Of a stretch of DNA of 64,000 nucleotides, positions 46,934 to 59,054 are shown piece after piece. The DNA is from Histomonas meleagridis 2922-C6/04-290x (taxonomy: Eukaryota; Protista; Parabasalia): the NCBI GenBank assembly GCA_020184695.1, contig JAANOX010000273.1, positions 286,928-350,927 of the forward strand, given 5' to 3'. The position numbers were made by a program, and so were the translations under genes. The stretch's first letter is position 1, and the number at the start of each line of letters is the position of its first letter. The notes under the pieces are model-generated. The model saw only the letters and a list, made by a program, of their open reading frames with translations, was not told the origin of the DNA and ran no database searches.

Positions 46934-49438
46934 ATGGCTGAATGGATTTCTACATTCCAAGAAAAACTTAATGATCAACAATTTCTTAAAGAAATGATAG
47001 GGCTTCCATGCTGGATTCATTTATCTCAAGCCAGATTAAATAATTTATTAACACAAGTTGATCATCTACAAAAAACAAATGGAGCTTTAAAAAATGCATG
47101 GCCTCGCGTAGTTTCAAGGTATCAAAACACAGATAGAGCTGATGCTATATATACAGTCATAGAATATGGTTTATCAAATGAGGATATTTTTCCAGAAGTT
47201 CTTGATCTTATTATATATCTTATTACAATACCATCTATTCGTATGTATCTAGAACCTCTTCTAGATGAAACGCTTTTTATGATAAAATGTCCCGAAAATC
47301 CAAAACTTAATCTTTTAGAATACTATCTTTCATTCCGCTACAAAATAGAAAAAGGAACCCTTTCATGGGATGAATCTCAAATTGAGTACAATAATACTGT
47401 TATACACTTCCAAAGTTTTTTATTTGAAGAATTGACAAAAATTGGTTCTTTCAGCCAACTCATCAATGCCACCATTAAAGATCTTAATGATCCAGTATTT
47501 CTTCAAGAGCAACTTCTTGCATTAGATCCAACTGTTTTCTCGCATCTTAAAGAAGAATTTGGAATAAGAGAATCAGAAGATCCAATTACTTCTGCTAGTG
47601 CATTTGTTAGACTGCTTTCTTCTCCCACTAACATTGCTGAAAGCATACCCAAGTATATAATGCCAAATCATCTACCACCAGATGACATAATATATCCTCA
47701 TTTTGATGCACACGCGTCTTGCTTGTCGGACGCCGTTCTTCAAGTTTTCCAAGAGAAGCGTGTTAATACAGCACGTTATATAATGTCGTATCTTGAAAAA
47801 GTTTGTAATGACCTTGATCCATCTAATGAAGAACGCTTTAACATAAATGCTCTTCCGGTGAGTTCAATCTCCATTGCTTCATCACCAGTTGGGTATAGTT
47901 CTGGAACTTGTTACTTAGTCACTTTTGATCCACTTTTTCTGAACTTCGGTTTCTCTGGGTTCAAACCTGGAGACTTTGGCTACTTGGCAAATGTTGAGCA
48001 TCGCGAATTTATAGGCATCGAGGTTATGTCTACACCTGCTGAAGGTCGTATTATTGCACACCTTGAAACCAATGGCATACCAAATGAGACATTTAATATA
48101 TGTATTAAGCTTCCACATGAATTAGCTCAAGATGTTGTCCGAATTAAAGAATTACCTAAAGTCATTGAATCTCCACGGATTCGTCAAAGTGTTGTTAATT
48201 CTTTTATTGGATTTGCATCCAAAGAAAAACCTTCGATCACTGTTGTCAATTCATTAATAGGTTCTAATGACAGCATCGACGCAGCAGAGTGGCTTAATTC
48301 CTATCAAAAGCGCAAACGGACATTAGTTATGGGTATTTCATCAAAAGTAATTGATTCATTTGTTTTAGCCCTTACTTCCAAACTGGTTATACCACAAATG
48401 CAAATACTTCGGCTAGATTTACCATCTGACATATGTATTGATATTGTCCTTCGATCTCGATCCAAACTTCTTCAAGATGTTTTGCGAATTGAACCTGATC
48501 CAACAATATCCTCCTCATGTGCAGTTGCAGAGAATTATTTACGTTTAACCCATCCTGATCAAGTTGAACTTATTGAACAATTAAGTCTTTTACGTCCATT
48601 AGAATATATCCAATCTAATGAAAAGCGTATTGAGTATCTACGGAAGGTACAAGCAGATATAGTATGTCATTTAATTGATCAACCATTACAGATCAAAGGG
48701 CAAAACTTCGAAAACTTAATTATCCTTGACACGTGTGTTATCGAAGATTCAGATTTACTTAAGATATTAAATGAGTCGAATCCTAATAACGTACGTATTT
48801 ATGGTAATGGTCAATCGATTAAAAGACTTCGCAAACAACCAAATGATGTTATATTCCATGAGGAAATAAACGTGCCATCACAAAAGCCATTACAAATTGC
48901 GCAATTCTTAGGAGTTAACACATTAAATCCTGGACAAGTTATTCCTGGAGTTATTTCTACATTTCATTTATGGAAAATATATTTAGAGAATGCATTTGAT
49001 GCTGTTATAGCATCCGCATTTTATTTCATGATGATTGGTTATGATTCGTTATTATTAGTTGTTAATAATGAAGAAGAAATTAATACTATCGACATCGAAA
49101 TTAGGAAATATGCCGCGTGGAATGATAAAGAATTTATGAAATTGATTGATGACATTTGTACTCCTTTCGATATTATATCAAAAGGTTTAACTGCAGATAT
49201 AATTCTGTATTTATGTAATGACGGTGACGACGTCGACTTGTTAAAATATATCGCAAACGCTGCGGATAAGGTGTGCTGGATGTTCGGTCCAATGTTTGAT
49301 GAAAGTAACGCTGTGATTGCGTTAGGAGAAAGAAACGGAGTGCAAATAAATGGAAATAGATATGAATACGTGATAGAAGGAATTGACCATTTGATGGCTT
49401 TGGTGTACAATATGCAATGCCAAATATGCACTGACTGA
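46934..49438 (+). CDS. Divergent Aquarius/Cwf11-like spliceosomal helicase homologue (834 aa from ATG 46934)
   Basis: N-terminal LPCWIHLSQARL, IYLITIPSIRMYL, and LLEYYLSF...FQSFLF blocks resemble the Aquarius N-terminal domain. SITVVNSLIGSND...KRTLVMGISS aligns to the AQR GLTMVVGPPGTGKT...QRTLIVTHSN region. Confidence 0.65.
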   Translation: MAEWISTFQEKLNDQQFLKEMIGLPCWIHLSQARLNNLLTQVDHLQKTNGALKNAWPRVVSRYQNTDRADAIYTVIEYGLSNEDIFPEVLDLIIYLITIPSIRMYLEPLLDETLFMIKCPENPKLNLLEYYLSFRYKIEKGTLSWDESQIEYNNTVIHFQSFLFEELTKIGSFSQLINATIKDLNDPVFLQEQLLALDPTVFSHLKEEFGIRESEDPITSASAFVRLLSSPTNIAESIPKYIMPNHLPPDDIIYPHFDAHASCLSDAVLQVFQEKRVNTARYIMSYLEKVCNDLDPSNEERFNINALPVSSISIASSPVGYSSGTCYLVTFDPLFLNFGFSGFKPGDFGYLANVEHREFIGIEVMSTPAEGRIIAHLETNGIPNETFNICIKLPHELAQDVVRIKELPKVIESPRIRQSVVNSFIGFASKEKPSITVVNSLIGSNDSIDAAEWLNSYQKRKRTLVMGISSKVIDSFVLALTSKLVIPQMQILRLDLPSDICIDIVLRSRSKLLQDVLRIEPDPTISSSCAVAENYLRLTHPDQVELIEQLSLLRPLEYIQSNEKRIEYLRKVQADIVCHLIDQPLQIKGQNFENLIILDTCVIEDSDLLKILNESNPNNVRIYGNGQSIKRLRKQPNDVIFHEEINVPSQKPLQIAQFLGVNTLNPGQVIPGVISTFHLWKIYLENAFDAVIASAFYFMMIGYDSLLLVVNNEEEINTIDIEIRKYAAWNDKEFMKLIDDICTPFDIISKGLTADIILYLCNDGDDVDLLKYIANAADKVCWMFGPMFDESNAVIALGERNGVQINGNRYEYVIEGIDHLMALVYNMQCQICTD

Positions 49439-49554
49439 TATTGAATAAGAATAAAGAACATTGTTTATGTAAATTATATCGATATGAATCAATGATTTTT
49501 TGTAAACTTATTAAAATCCCAAAAAATAAAATGTGAGTCGAAAAAAATAAAGTA

Positions 49555-49690
49555 ATCGCGTTTGGACCCCTAAAAGCTATTTCGAAAGTTTATACAGGGA
49601 AAAACCAGATGCAGCATTAGATATAATAAAAGCATGTGGATTCATGAAGATACAATTAAAGAATCTTGCGATGAAATTATTCAATAAACA
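49555..49690 (+). pseudogene. Possible pogo/DDE_1 C-terminal remnant
   Basis: FGPLKAISK followed by frameshifted DAALDIIKAC..IHEDTIKES. Short and degenerate. Confidence 0.3.
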
Positions 49691-49994
49691 TTGAGATAGA
49701 AAAACGGTTCTTGATTTAATTATAAATATATTTTATGTTAAAAATTAATTCAGCGGAATTATCAAATTACTATTGCTAAGCTCTATTTGATTTCAAAAAA
49801 ATAAAAAAATTGCTCTTACATGCCCACTTTTTGAATTTTTCATTCTTTAAATGTTCAATTTCGATCTCCTTGTAAGTGCTGCAACAACTCATTTTATTTA
49901 TAATAAATATGAGTTATTATTTTAAGATTTGTTTTCCAAGAATAATCTATAATATATAATACAAAAATATATATTCTATATTTTTTATTAAACA

Positions 49995-52900
49995 TCATTT
50001 AAAATCTATCATTTTCAACTTCAAACTTTCGTTACATTTTTCTAGTACCACAACGCATTTCATCTTTTTCATCACATCGATAAATTCGGCCAAGAACACG
50101 CCTTCATATACACTAATTATATCGAAGTTTGTACAATCGATTACGATTAATTTTACGGAATCAGTAACAGTTGGAGTTGTCAAGAAACAAAACCCTTTTC
50201 TTGTTATATTTACGAAAGATTTCAAACATTTAATTTGATTTTGGAAAGAAAATTCTTTTAATTCGATTCCGCATAAATCGAAGAATTTCACTGTTGTTTC
50301 ATAAGAAATTATTATTATCCCAATTTCCATTATATTCAGTAAAATTTTTCCTTTTTTATTATAATCAATTTTAAACATATTAATAAGTTTATGTGATTCG
50401 ATTGAACTTATAAATACATTATAATGATCATCGATTGATACCATTATATCGAGTGCCATATTATAATTTAATGCAATAATTGGCGAAGAATGATAAGCAA
50501 TTTTTTCTTTAAGTTTAAAGTTATCAAGTGAAAACACATATATCATACAATCGGAACCACCGACAAATATTAAATCATTAACAAGTTCAATACAAAAAAT
50601 CATAGCCTCAATACTTAACTCATTTAAAAAACAAGAATTAAATATATTATATATATGAAATGTCGCATTATCTTTTTGTGCTACCACTAAATGATTTCCA
50701 TTTGTACAAATTTTCATGTCATGATTCAAATGCAAAAAATACAATTTATTAATTGCTTCTAAATTTTGCATAATATTATAAACATATAAAGACTCAGTAA
50801 TAATAATATGATTTGAAAAATATAATATATTTGTGGATGGTATTGAAGTAATCATTATATTCGATAAAATTGGTTGTTGTGAAGGATCATGTTGAGGATG
50901 TGGTGTATTAAATAATTGGAATGGAACTACACCGAAACTTAAACAAAAATGTTTCGCTAAAATATTTTGTTCTTGATTTATTAATAAACCTGATGATAAA
51001 CATCCAGGATATGAATATAAATGAAATATATTCTTATGTTCAAAAGAACGTTGTGCATAACCAAATATTAAATCTATCCATAAATGAAGATGATATTTAA
51101 CATATTCACTTTCAAGTGCTTGATTATGAATTTGGATAAATGAATGTGCTGTTTTACTCCATTTTGGTAATTTGACGTCTGAAATACGGACACCATTATG
51201 TTTAATTCCAAGATCAAAATTATTTTCATTAATAAGAAAATGTGGTTGACAAAAAAATTCTGGAATCAATTCTCTAAAATCTGGTAAATCAGATGTAACT
51301 GAATTCCATGTAGAATTAATTGAGGTAAAGATTCGATCAGGAGAATCAAACCTACCATCTTGTAATTTAATATGCATAGTTGAAAATGGTTCAAGTCGTA
51401 TTAAATAATTGATAACGGTCGCCGCACTTGAAAAGTGAGTACGATAGAGACATCGTTCTGTCGGTTCTTCCATTTCATTGAAATTTCCTATTAAAACAGA
51501 TAAACGTCCTTCGTTAAGGGTTCCTATCGGCTTTGACAAATCTCTATAAATTTCAGAATTATTTAAATCGATTGAATCTGATGTATAATCTTTAAGTATC
51601 CAAGGATAAACAGGATATTGAGATACATCATGAAGACTTCTCCCACTTAATACATTAAGACAAAATAAATACGAAAAGTTCGATAATTTTCCTGATTTCC
51701 AATATTCAGTAAGTTTAATTTTTTTGATAAGTTCAAATGATGGAATAGTTTGAACAATACCATTACAAGCTTTTTGTAATGAACTAATGAAAAAACTATG
51801 CGAAGGATTAGGTTTAATTTGTTTAATTGAGTTAAAAAACTCAATTCTTTTAGAAGCAGAAACAAAATTAAATAAAAAAGTATGATTAGTTTTCATGAAT
51901 ATTTCACAAGCAATTTCTTCATGTAAAAAATTACGTCTAAAAATAAATTCGATTTGATTTAAATTAAGTTCAAAATATTTTGATTCTTTTGTCTCATTTT
52001 CGATAGGAGTACAAAAACTATCAGCAAATTTAGTTCCATCAAATATGATTAAATCAGATGTTACTCGAAGTGTTCCTTCATATTGATATGTTAAAGTTCG
52101 ATAAATACAACGAAATGTAACAAATGATTTAATTTTTGGTATATTTAAAGAATTTAAATTCAAATTTATATCAAGTAATCGTTTAAATGATGTTATTCGT
52201 TCAGTTTCATTTGTATTTGAAGAAAATTTTGTTGAATCACGTAAAGCTGAAGCTTTAAGATGTTGATCAAAATTTCGATTAATTTTCATTATGAAATTAG
52301 CACCATATGAATCAATTCGTGTTGTAGCTTTCCATTTTAATGATTTATTTTGTTTCCACCAAAATCCTCCTTGAAAAGAAAGATCTAATAAAAATGAAAT
52401 AGAAAGTTTATGATTATGTTTTTTTTCAAGAACATTTTGTATTCTTGAAACATTTATAAACATTTCTAAACCATTTAAATTATTTTGATATTCATTTTTA
52501 AGATGAAAGAATTTATAAATATTTTCGATATTTTGTGAATAAATTGATATAAACTCAATATAGAATGAATCTTTATATGATATTATTTGATTTAAAAGTT
52601 CCTGATTTTGATTTAAAAGTAATTGTTTTAATTGTGAAATTGTACATGAAATTCCATTTGTAATTTGTATCTCCATAATATCATTTAATGATTGTATTGA
52701 TGTCAATAAAAATTCTGAAATTTTCGTATTAGAAAAATCTCGATTTTTAATTTTGAGTTCATGATAACTATTATCATTTAAATATTCAAATACTTTTTTG
52801 GATGTTAATATTAAATCACATGAAATATTTGATGAATCAATTTGATAAAACATATTTTGAAGATATAATTTTAATATTAAAGGAGTTATTTTTAAATTAA

Positions 52901-55900
52901 TTAAATTCATTAATATTTCATCAATCATTTGTTGATAATTATAAGGACTTATTAAGAATAAATTTTGCATGAAATTTATTAAATTTAAAATAGATTTTTC
53001 ATTATTAATTGAATCTAAATAAAAGATAATTTTAGTTAATTCATGATTATATGTTTCAATTGAGTCAGGATTATGTAAAAGTTGACAAGAAAAAAATAAT
53101 AAAATATAATAAGGCCAAGAAGGAATATTAAAGAATTTATTATATTTATTAGTAAATTCTATAATATCAAATTCGATTCTTTTTGAATATTGAAGAATTT
53201 GTTCATTATTTTCATCATATAAATATAATAAATGTGTATATAAAGGAAAAAATTCTGGAAATTGGACATCTCCAACTTCTTCAACAAAATTATTTAATGA
53301 TCCATACATAATCGAATAAATAGTATATATTAAACTTAATGAAGGCTTTTCTTTAAAATATTTAATCGATAAAAGTATTGTGTTTCCTAATCCTTTACGT
53401 TTAAATTTCGATAAAAAATATAAAATTATCATACAATGAATTTGTATTGATTGATTATTTGTTTCTAACATAAAAAGGACATCTGAAAGTTCATGTATTG
53501 ATAAAAATGCTCGTGAAGCAGTTTCATTTGATTGACTAATATGTTCAAATAATTTTGCAGCAGAAAGTCGGAATTCTTCATTTGAATGATTACAAATTAT
53601 ATTTATTAAAGTTATTAATATTGATGATTGTGTACAATATTCACTAATTTGAAATAATATTCCCCATTGTGCAGTTTTTAATTCATTTTTATTATTGTTT
53701 ATATTTATGATATTATTATCTTTTTCATTTAAAATTGAATTTGGAAAACTCATTAAAGGTTCATTTGAAACTTCATCATTTTGTATTTGATATAATAATT
53801 GATCTAATGAATCTAATTGAAACAAATTTTGATTTTCTTTAATGATATTAATCATTAAATTTTGGAAATAATAAATTTGTGTTTCAATTGGAAAATGTTT
53901 AAATAAATCAAAATTTAAGAAGATATGATAAATTATTTGAATTTTTAATTCTTGAAATGTAATCATATCAAATAATTCTTTGAATGAATTTAAAATGAAT
54001 TTAGTAAAACAATTTGATTTAATATGATAAAAGAAATCAGTAAGTATTTGAACACATCCTTTTCTAAGGAATAACTTTTGTAAATCTTCGGAAATATTAA
54101 ATAAATTTTGTATTAACTTTATAATAGATTCAAATAATATTTCGATGTTATCTTTCGTATGATTTAATAATAAGAATAAAGGCATTACATTATTATATAT
54201 ACCTTCATTTTTCATAACATTTTGTATTACATTATATATTGGTACAGTTTTCCCTTTAAATTCATAATGATGAATTGTTGATGGTGATATTTGTATATAT
54301 AATGAATGAATATTTTTTTGTGTTTCTGATGTTTTAAATATATAAATAGAACCAATATCACCATGAAATGAAATTTTCCCAGAACATCCAAAAGATAATT
54401 TAATTCTAGTCAAATAATCTATTTTTATTAAAGCAAATTCATTTGGATTATTTTCAAAGAAAATCTTCGAATGTTTAACAATTAAAGAAACTTTACACCA
54501 TTCATTTCGTATAATTTTTTTGATTAAACGTTTATTATCATTTAAATTACCAAAATATAATTCATCATTAATTAAAAAAATACTAAAACTTTTATCATTA
54601 ATTGTAATTTCCATTAAAGGTGATATATTATCATCTAATTTTTCTTTTCTAAAATAAAAAACTATACTTGAATTATGAAATATTTGATTATCTATATAAA
54701 TATTTTTAATACCAGAATGAATTCCATTAAAATGAAAATATGAATTAATTATTATATTTGATGTTTTATTTTCAATTAATTCATTTAATGTTTTAATTAG
54801 TTTTATATGATAAGGATGAGTTAAACCATTTTCATCAGGTTTTAATACTTGAAAAGTTTGCTGTAATGTATAATTTGAAAAGAATGAAGAAGAAATTTTT
54901 TTATAAAGATTAAAACAATCATCAGAAAATAACTCATTAGAAAATATTTTTAAAATGTATTCTATTGTTCCAGACATATAACATTCAAATGAATTAATTG
55001 AATATTGATTACAAAGTATATATAATTCCTTTATAATTTTTATTTTGATTTTATCATTAACCTTTATTTCAAGTAATAATTGTAATGCTTGTCGATTTTG
55101 AATTGTTCCATCAATACTTTTATTCATAACAAAATCAAAGATAAATTCAACAACATTTTCATTATCTGGAAATATAAAAGATTCCCTTAAATATTGGAAT
55201 AAGTTTGAATCAGAAAATCTTGTCATTTCATTTTGAAAATTACAATATAAACTTGATAAAAATTGCATTAATATAATATATGTATGATAATCATTTGTAT
55301 ATAATGGAATTAATCCAATTTTATCAAAATCAATTGGTAAATTATCAATAACTTCTTTAGTAAAATTTGGTGTTTGAAAAAATAAATATGAAAGTAATTT
55401 AGTTGATGGTTCTCTTAAATATTCGAGTTTTTTTGATTTATCCATTATAATTAAAATGTTTTTTATTACTGAAATATAATAAATTGGATTTTGACTTAAT
55501 GATTCTAATCCGATTTCATAACATTTTATAAAAATTTGATAATATTTTTTTTGAAGAATTAAATTTGTTATAAAAGAAAGCATATTTGATGAAAATATTT
55601 TCATAGGAGAAAGAATAGAAATAATTTGATAAAATTGGACACAATAATCATTAAATGTTTCATCATTTAATTGAATTTTATTATAAATTTCTTTCTCTAT
55701 GATATAATCGATAATAGAATCTGATTTAATTTGTAAAGCTGATTTAAAAAAAGGTATAAAATAATAAAAATCTTTTGAATCATTAATTTGATTAAAAACA
55801 GTTTCAAGTATAAAATTAATATTTTCATTATTTAATTTCGAAAATATATTATATAATAATTGCATTAATAAACAATAAAAATATGGCTGTAATTTAGAAT

Positions 55901-57212
55901 CATTAAAATGTAATGTTAATAATTGTTTTAATTGCGTTGATATTTCTATATCTTGTGTTAATAACATCGCATTAAAAAGAATACATATAATTAATATTTG
56001 TTCTTCTTTAGTATAATTCGAAATATTTAAAAATTGTTCGAATATTTTATATTGATATTGATTTGACATTGTTAAAAATAATTTAAATTGTATTACAAAT
56101 GCTCCAACATATGAATTATTAAATAATAATTTATTTGTTGAAGGAAATTTTGGTAAATTTTTAAAATATTCCTCTTTTGAACAATAATGTATATTTATTT
56201 CATCTTCATTTAGTTTTGGAATATTAGGAATACAAGCTTCTAAATTAATTGTTTTGATTAACCACATTGAAAAGACCACAAAAATAAGTGAAAATGGAAC
56301 AAATGCTTTTTCTTCAATTTCATTAATATGTTGAATTAATAACTCAAAACAATCTATTCCAAACAAAAAAAAATCTTCCGAAAATGTTGGTGAATATTTG
56401 GAAATTTTGGACAGAAATGAAATAATTAAAATACAAATTTGATAAAAACGTTTTTGATCAAGAACTTCAATTATTGGAATAAGACTATAAACAAACTTAT
56501 GGGAATAAACAAGAAATTCTTTTCCATTATATGGATCAGACCAAGAAGTAAATGTACGTATAAGAAAATCTAAAAATATTTGGTAATGACAAAATGGAAT
56601 TATGTTATACACAATATTAAGTAAAAATTGATGTAAAGGATCGTCATGCGGAAGATTAAGAATTTGTTTGACGCTAGAAATAGATGAAATAAAGAGTTCA
56701 GAAAGACATATAAAATCATTAAAAATATCATCATGAAGATTAATAAGATAAACAATAATAAAATGCGAAATTTCCCAACACCTATGAGGAAAATTTTGAA
56801 TTTCTTCATTATTTAATGTGGATTTGATAAGTGATTTTAATTTGAATGAAAAAGCAATAAAACAACGGAATAATGCAATTGTAATAGGATTAAATTCTGT
56901 TCCTCCTACTGATTTTTCAGATGCATTTTTTGCTAAGACAAAAAAATTAACAAAGTTAAAATCATTGAATTTAAAATAAGAACATAAAGCATTCATAAGT
57001 GATTCATTAGAAGTGCATCTATTTATCGTTGAAATTATTTCTTTATAACTGATTTGGGGAAATGCCATAGAGCTTAATGATGCTTGAATAATTGGATCAA
57101 AATTTCCAATTTTAGTTTCCTGGTTATCAAAACTAAATAAATAATACTTGATTGCTGGTATGAAATATTCACAAAATTCTTTTTGATGTATGAGGTTTTT
57201 AATTTTTTTCAT
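49995..57212 (-). CDS. Beige/BEACH domain protein (ConA-like, PH, BEACH, WD40), 2405 aa
   Basis: BEACH motifs LSNFSYL, QYPVYPWILKDY, DLSKPIG, YRTHFSS, YLIRLEPF, GRFDSPDRIF, RELIPEFF, VKLPKW, WIDLIFGY and FGVVPFQLF, followed by WD-like repeats. Confidence 0.95.
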   Translation of the reverse strand: MKKIKNLIHQKEFCEYFIPAIKYYLFSFDNQETKIGNFDPIIQASLSSMAFPQISYKEIISTINRCTSNESLMNALCSYFKFNDFNFVNFFVLAKNASEKSVGGTEFNPITIALFRCFIAFSFKLKSLIKSTLNNEEIQNFPHRCWEISHFIIVYLINLHDDIFNDFICLSELFISSISSVKQILNLPHDDPLHQFLLNIVYNIIPFCHYQIFLDFLIRTFTSWSDPYNGKEFLVYSHKFVYSLIPIIEVLDQKRFYQICILIISFLSKISKYSPTFSEDFFLFGIDCFELLIQHINEIEEKAFVPFSLIFVVFSMWLIKTINLEACIPNIPKLNEDEINIHYCSKEEYFKNLPKFPSTNKLLFNNSYVGAFVIQFKLFLTMSNQYQYKIFEQFLNISNYTKEEQILIICILFNAMLLTQDIEISTQLKQLLTLHFNDSKLQPYFYCLLMQLLYNIFSKLNNENINFILETVFNQINDSKDFYYFIPFFKSALQIKSDSIIDYIIEKEIYNKIQLNDETFNDYCVQFYQIISILSPMKIFSSNMLSFITNLILQKKYYQIFIKCYEIGLESLSQNPIYYISVIKNILIIMDKSKKLEYLREPSTKLLSYLFFQTPNFTKEVIDNLPIDFDKIGLIPLYTNDYHTYIILMQFLSSLYCNFQNEMTRFSDSNLFQYLRESFIFPDNENVVEFIFDFVMNKSIDGTIQNRQALQLLLEIKVNDKIKIKIIKELYILCNQYSINSFECYMSGTIEYILKIFSNELFSDDCFNLYKKISSSFFSNYTLQQTFQVLKPDENGLTHPYHIKLIKTLNELIENKTSNIIINSYFHFNGIHSGIKNIYIDNQIFHNSSIVFYFRKEKLDDNISPLMEITINDKSFSIFLINDELYFGNLNDNKRLIKKIIRNEWCKVSLIVKHSKIFFENNPNEFALIKIDYLTRIKLSFGCSGKISFHGDIGSIYIFKTSETQKNIHSLYIQISPSTIHHYEFKGKTVPIYNVIQNVMKNEGIYNNVMPLFLLLNHTKDNIEILFESIIKLIQNLFNISEDLQKLFLRKGCVQILTDFFYHIKSNCFTKFILNSFKELFDMITFQELKIQIIYHIFLNFDLFKHFPIETQIYYFQNLMINIIKENQNLFQLDSLDQLLYQIQNDEVSNEPLMSFPNSILNEKDNNIININNNKNELKTAQWGILFQISEYCTQSSILITLINIICNHSNEEFRLSAAKLFEHISQSNETASRAFLSIHELSDVLFMLETNNQSIQIHCMIILYFLSKFKRKGLGNTILLSIKYFKEKPSLSLIYTIYSIMYGSLNNFVEEVGDVQFPEFFPLYTHLLYLYDENNEQILQYSKRIEFDIIEFTNKYNKFFNIPSWPYYILLFFSCQLLHNPDSIETYNHELTKIIFYLDSINNEKSILNLINFMQNLFLISPYNYQQMIDEILMNLINLKITPLILKLYLQNMFYQIDSSNISCDLILTSKKVFEYLNDNSYHELKIKNRDFSNTKISEFLLTSIQSLNDIMEIQITNGISCTISQLKQLLLNQNQELLNQIISYKDSFYIEFISIYSQNIENIYKFFHLKNEYQNNLNGLEMFINVSRIQNVLEKKHNHKLSISFLLDLSFQGGFWWKQNKSLKWKATTRIDSYGANFIMKINRNFDQHLKASALRDSTKFSSNTNETERITSFKRLLDINLNLNSLNIPKIKSFVTFRCIYRTLTYQYEGTLRVTSDLIIFDGTKFADSFCTPIENETKESKYFELNLNQIEFIFRRNFLHEEIACEIFMKTNHTFLFNFVSASKRIEFFNSIKQIKPNPSHSFFISSLQKACNGIVQTIPSFELIKKIKLTEYWKSGKLSNFSYLFCLNVLSGRSLHDVSQYPVYPWILKDYTSDSIDLNNSEIYRDLSKPIGTLNEGRLSVLIGNFNEMEEPTERCLYRTHFSSAATVINYLIRLEPFSTMHIKLQDGRFDSPDRIFTSINSTWNSVTSDLPDFRELIPEFFCQPHFLINENNFDLGIKHNGVRISDVKLPKWSKTAHSFIQIHNQALESEYVKYHLHLWIDLIFGYAQRSFEHKNIFHLYSYPGCLSSGLLINQEQNILAKHFCLSFGVVPFQLFNTPHPQHDPSQQPILSNIMITSIPSTNILYFSNHIIITESLYVYNIMQNLEAINKLYFLHLNHDMKICTNGNHLVVAQKDNATFHIYNIFNSCFLNELSIEAMIFCIELVNDLIFVGGSDCMIYVFSLDNFKLKEKIAYHSSPIIALNYNMALDIMVSIDDHYNVFISSIESHKLINMFKIDYNKKGKILLNIMEIGIIIISYETTVKFFDLCGIELKEFSFQNQIKCLKSFVNITRKGFCFLTTPTVTDSVKLIVIDCTNFDIISVYEGVFLAEFIDVMKKMKCVVVLEKCNESLKLKMIDFK

Positions 57213-57759
57213 TCATATATGCTTCGAAAAAGTGACGGAACGATAGATTGAATCGCAAAAAATTAAATGCAATTTGATCGTTTGTTTGATTGATATAGTA
57301 ATTGGTCGGATTCGAAAGTTTGCGATACAATTCCAAAATGTGTATTTGATTGTTTTTTCTTAACAGTCACAGAGATAACTTGCTATCACACATTTCGAGA
57401 TATATTCGGTTGTAATAGTGAAAAAGATGATAATTGGATGAACGGGACATGTTTTTGAAGGAACGATAGCACTTTTAGAACCACTTTTCATTCAAATGTA
57501 TCAAAAACCTCGTATAACAGCACAAATTCTCTATTCACCTGACCATATATTATATTCAATTTTTCGATCGTGATCACTGCAATTAAAATTTGAGAGCAAA
57601 ATTATCACAAATTGAATATATCATAGTATAGAAAAAGTTCGACCGCTAGGATATTAGTTCATTGACAAAATATTTTAATTTATTTTTTTCAATTAACAAA
57701 TCAGTAAGTAAAACATATTATTGTACTTTTGTAAAAGAAAATAGATTTCCTCTTGAATT

Positions 57760-58467
57760 TGTTGATTCTCAAAATCCTAGATATATTGTTGTATAACAAT
57801 GTAAATGTAAGTTTAATGATAATTCAGTATCTGATGTTTCAATGCATGATGATTTTATTAAACGTGATCATTATGAAGATTATTTTTGTATTTATACGAA
57901 TGAAAATATAACTAAATATAAGAAATATGAATATAAAAGTAGAAAACCAAATTTTAAAATATGGTTTAAAGAAATGAATGGTAAAGAAATTGATTCAGAA
58001 TATTAAAAAGTAATTTGAGTCTTCAAAATTTTATTAATTTTATGAATGAAAAATATTATAGGGAGGTCAAATTTACACCTGAATTTAATACTGGTACAAA
58101 GTCATTAGTTGAAACATATAACAATTTAGTTAATCATTATATAGATGTCAACTTAGAGAAATAATAACAGATAATCAATATAAAAATAAACGAACAATTA
58201 TGAAGAATTTGGATATAATTTTATTAAAAATTTTATCGAAAATGAAAAAATTACACCTATTAATAGAAAAATTGGAGGAAAAACAATCCCAGAGCATCAT
58301 GAATATTATATAGAAAAATCATAAAAAAATTGAATGAGATGTTTGCACACGAAGTTTCTGAAGCTTAAAAAAGCCTATCAAATTTAATATTGTGAAGAAT
58401 TATATAAAAATTTAAATGGTATTGAAATAATTGATAATAAAATTGGGAACGTATTTACATTTGATTA
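57760..58467 (+). pseudogene. Maverick/Polinton remnants: a small conserved ORF (possibly minor capsid) and the integrase N-terminus
   Basis: MHDDFIKRDHYEDY...KYKKYEY...KIWFKEMNG is recalled from Trichomonas Maverick ORFs (weak evidence). 58388-58467 reads in frame into the integrase at 61931 once the Tc1 is excised. Confidence 0.45.
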
Positions 58468-58667
58468 CAGCTCGTTGCGATTGATTTTATATAGTGTGCA
58501 AAATTAAATATTTCAAAAAGTGACGCGTGCAAAAATAAATCTTCTATACTCAAAACAAAGTAGCTAACTTCACAAACAGAATAGCCAAAAAGTGACGTTT
58601 GCAAAACTGAATATCCCAATTGCAAAAGTAAATATCCAAAAAAGTGACGCGTGCATAACAAAGAAGC

Positions 58668-59054
58668 ATGAAAAAAAAAATTAATATCCATATTCTAATA
58701 CTTTCTATTGCACCTTTAGATCAAAATTGGAATTTTGATAATAGCCCTTTTGAAATTAATAGAATATTTAAAATGTCTAAATTTAGTTTTAATAATTTGA
58801 AAACAAAAAAATTTGTTTTACGTGGGGTTATAATATATCATTCAAATAATATAAACCTAGGGCATTATACAATTTTTCTTCTTATTAATCACAAATGGTA
58901 CTATTTTAATGATGCGAGTGTAAAACATATCAATTCTTTAAATGACATTGATGATGATCCAATGGTTTGGGAGTTAGTAGTATGTACTAATTCAATTCCG
59001 GAAAATAAACAAATAAGAAAAAAGGCATGTAAAAAATTTATGTCCTACATTTAA
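58668..59054 (+). pseudogene. USP/C19 deubiquitinase C-terminal (His-box) fragment inside the Tc1 element
   Basis: HILILSI...FVLRGVIIYHSNNINLGHYTIFLLINHKWYYFNDASV matches the USP His-box pattern GHY...W..FND. No Cys-box is present. Confidence 0.75.

Noticed and set aside
744-56809. Short alternative-frame and antisense ORFs within long genes (e.g. 744-941, 6649-6882, 6892-7293, 8408-8653, 47915-48118, 49039-49461, 51647-51865)
   Set aside because: These are shadow ORFs of real genes with no motifs.
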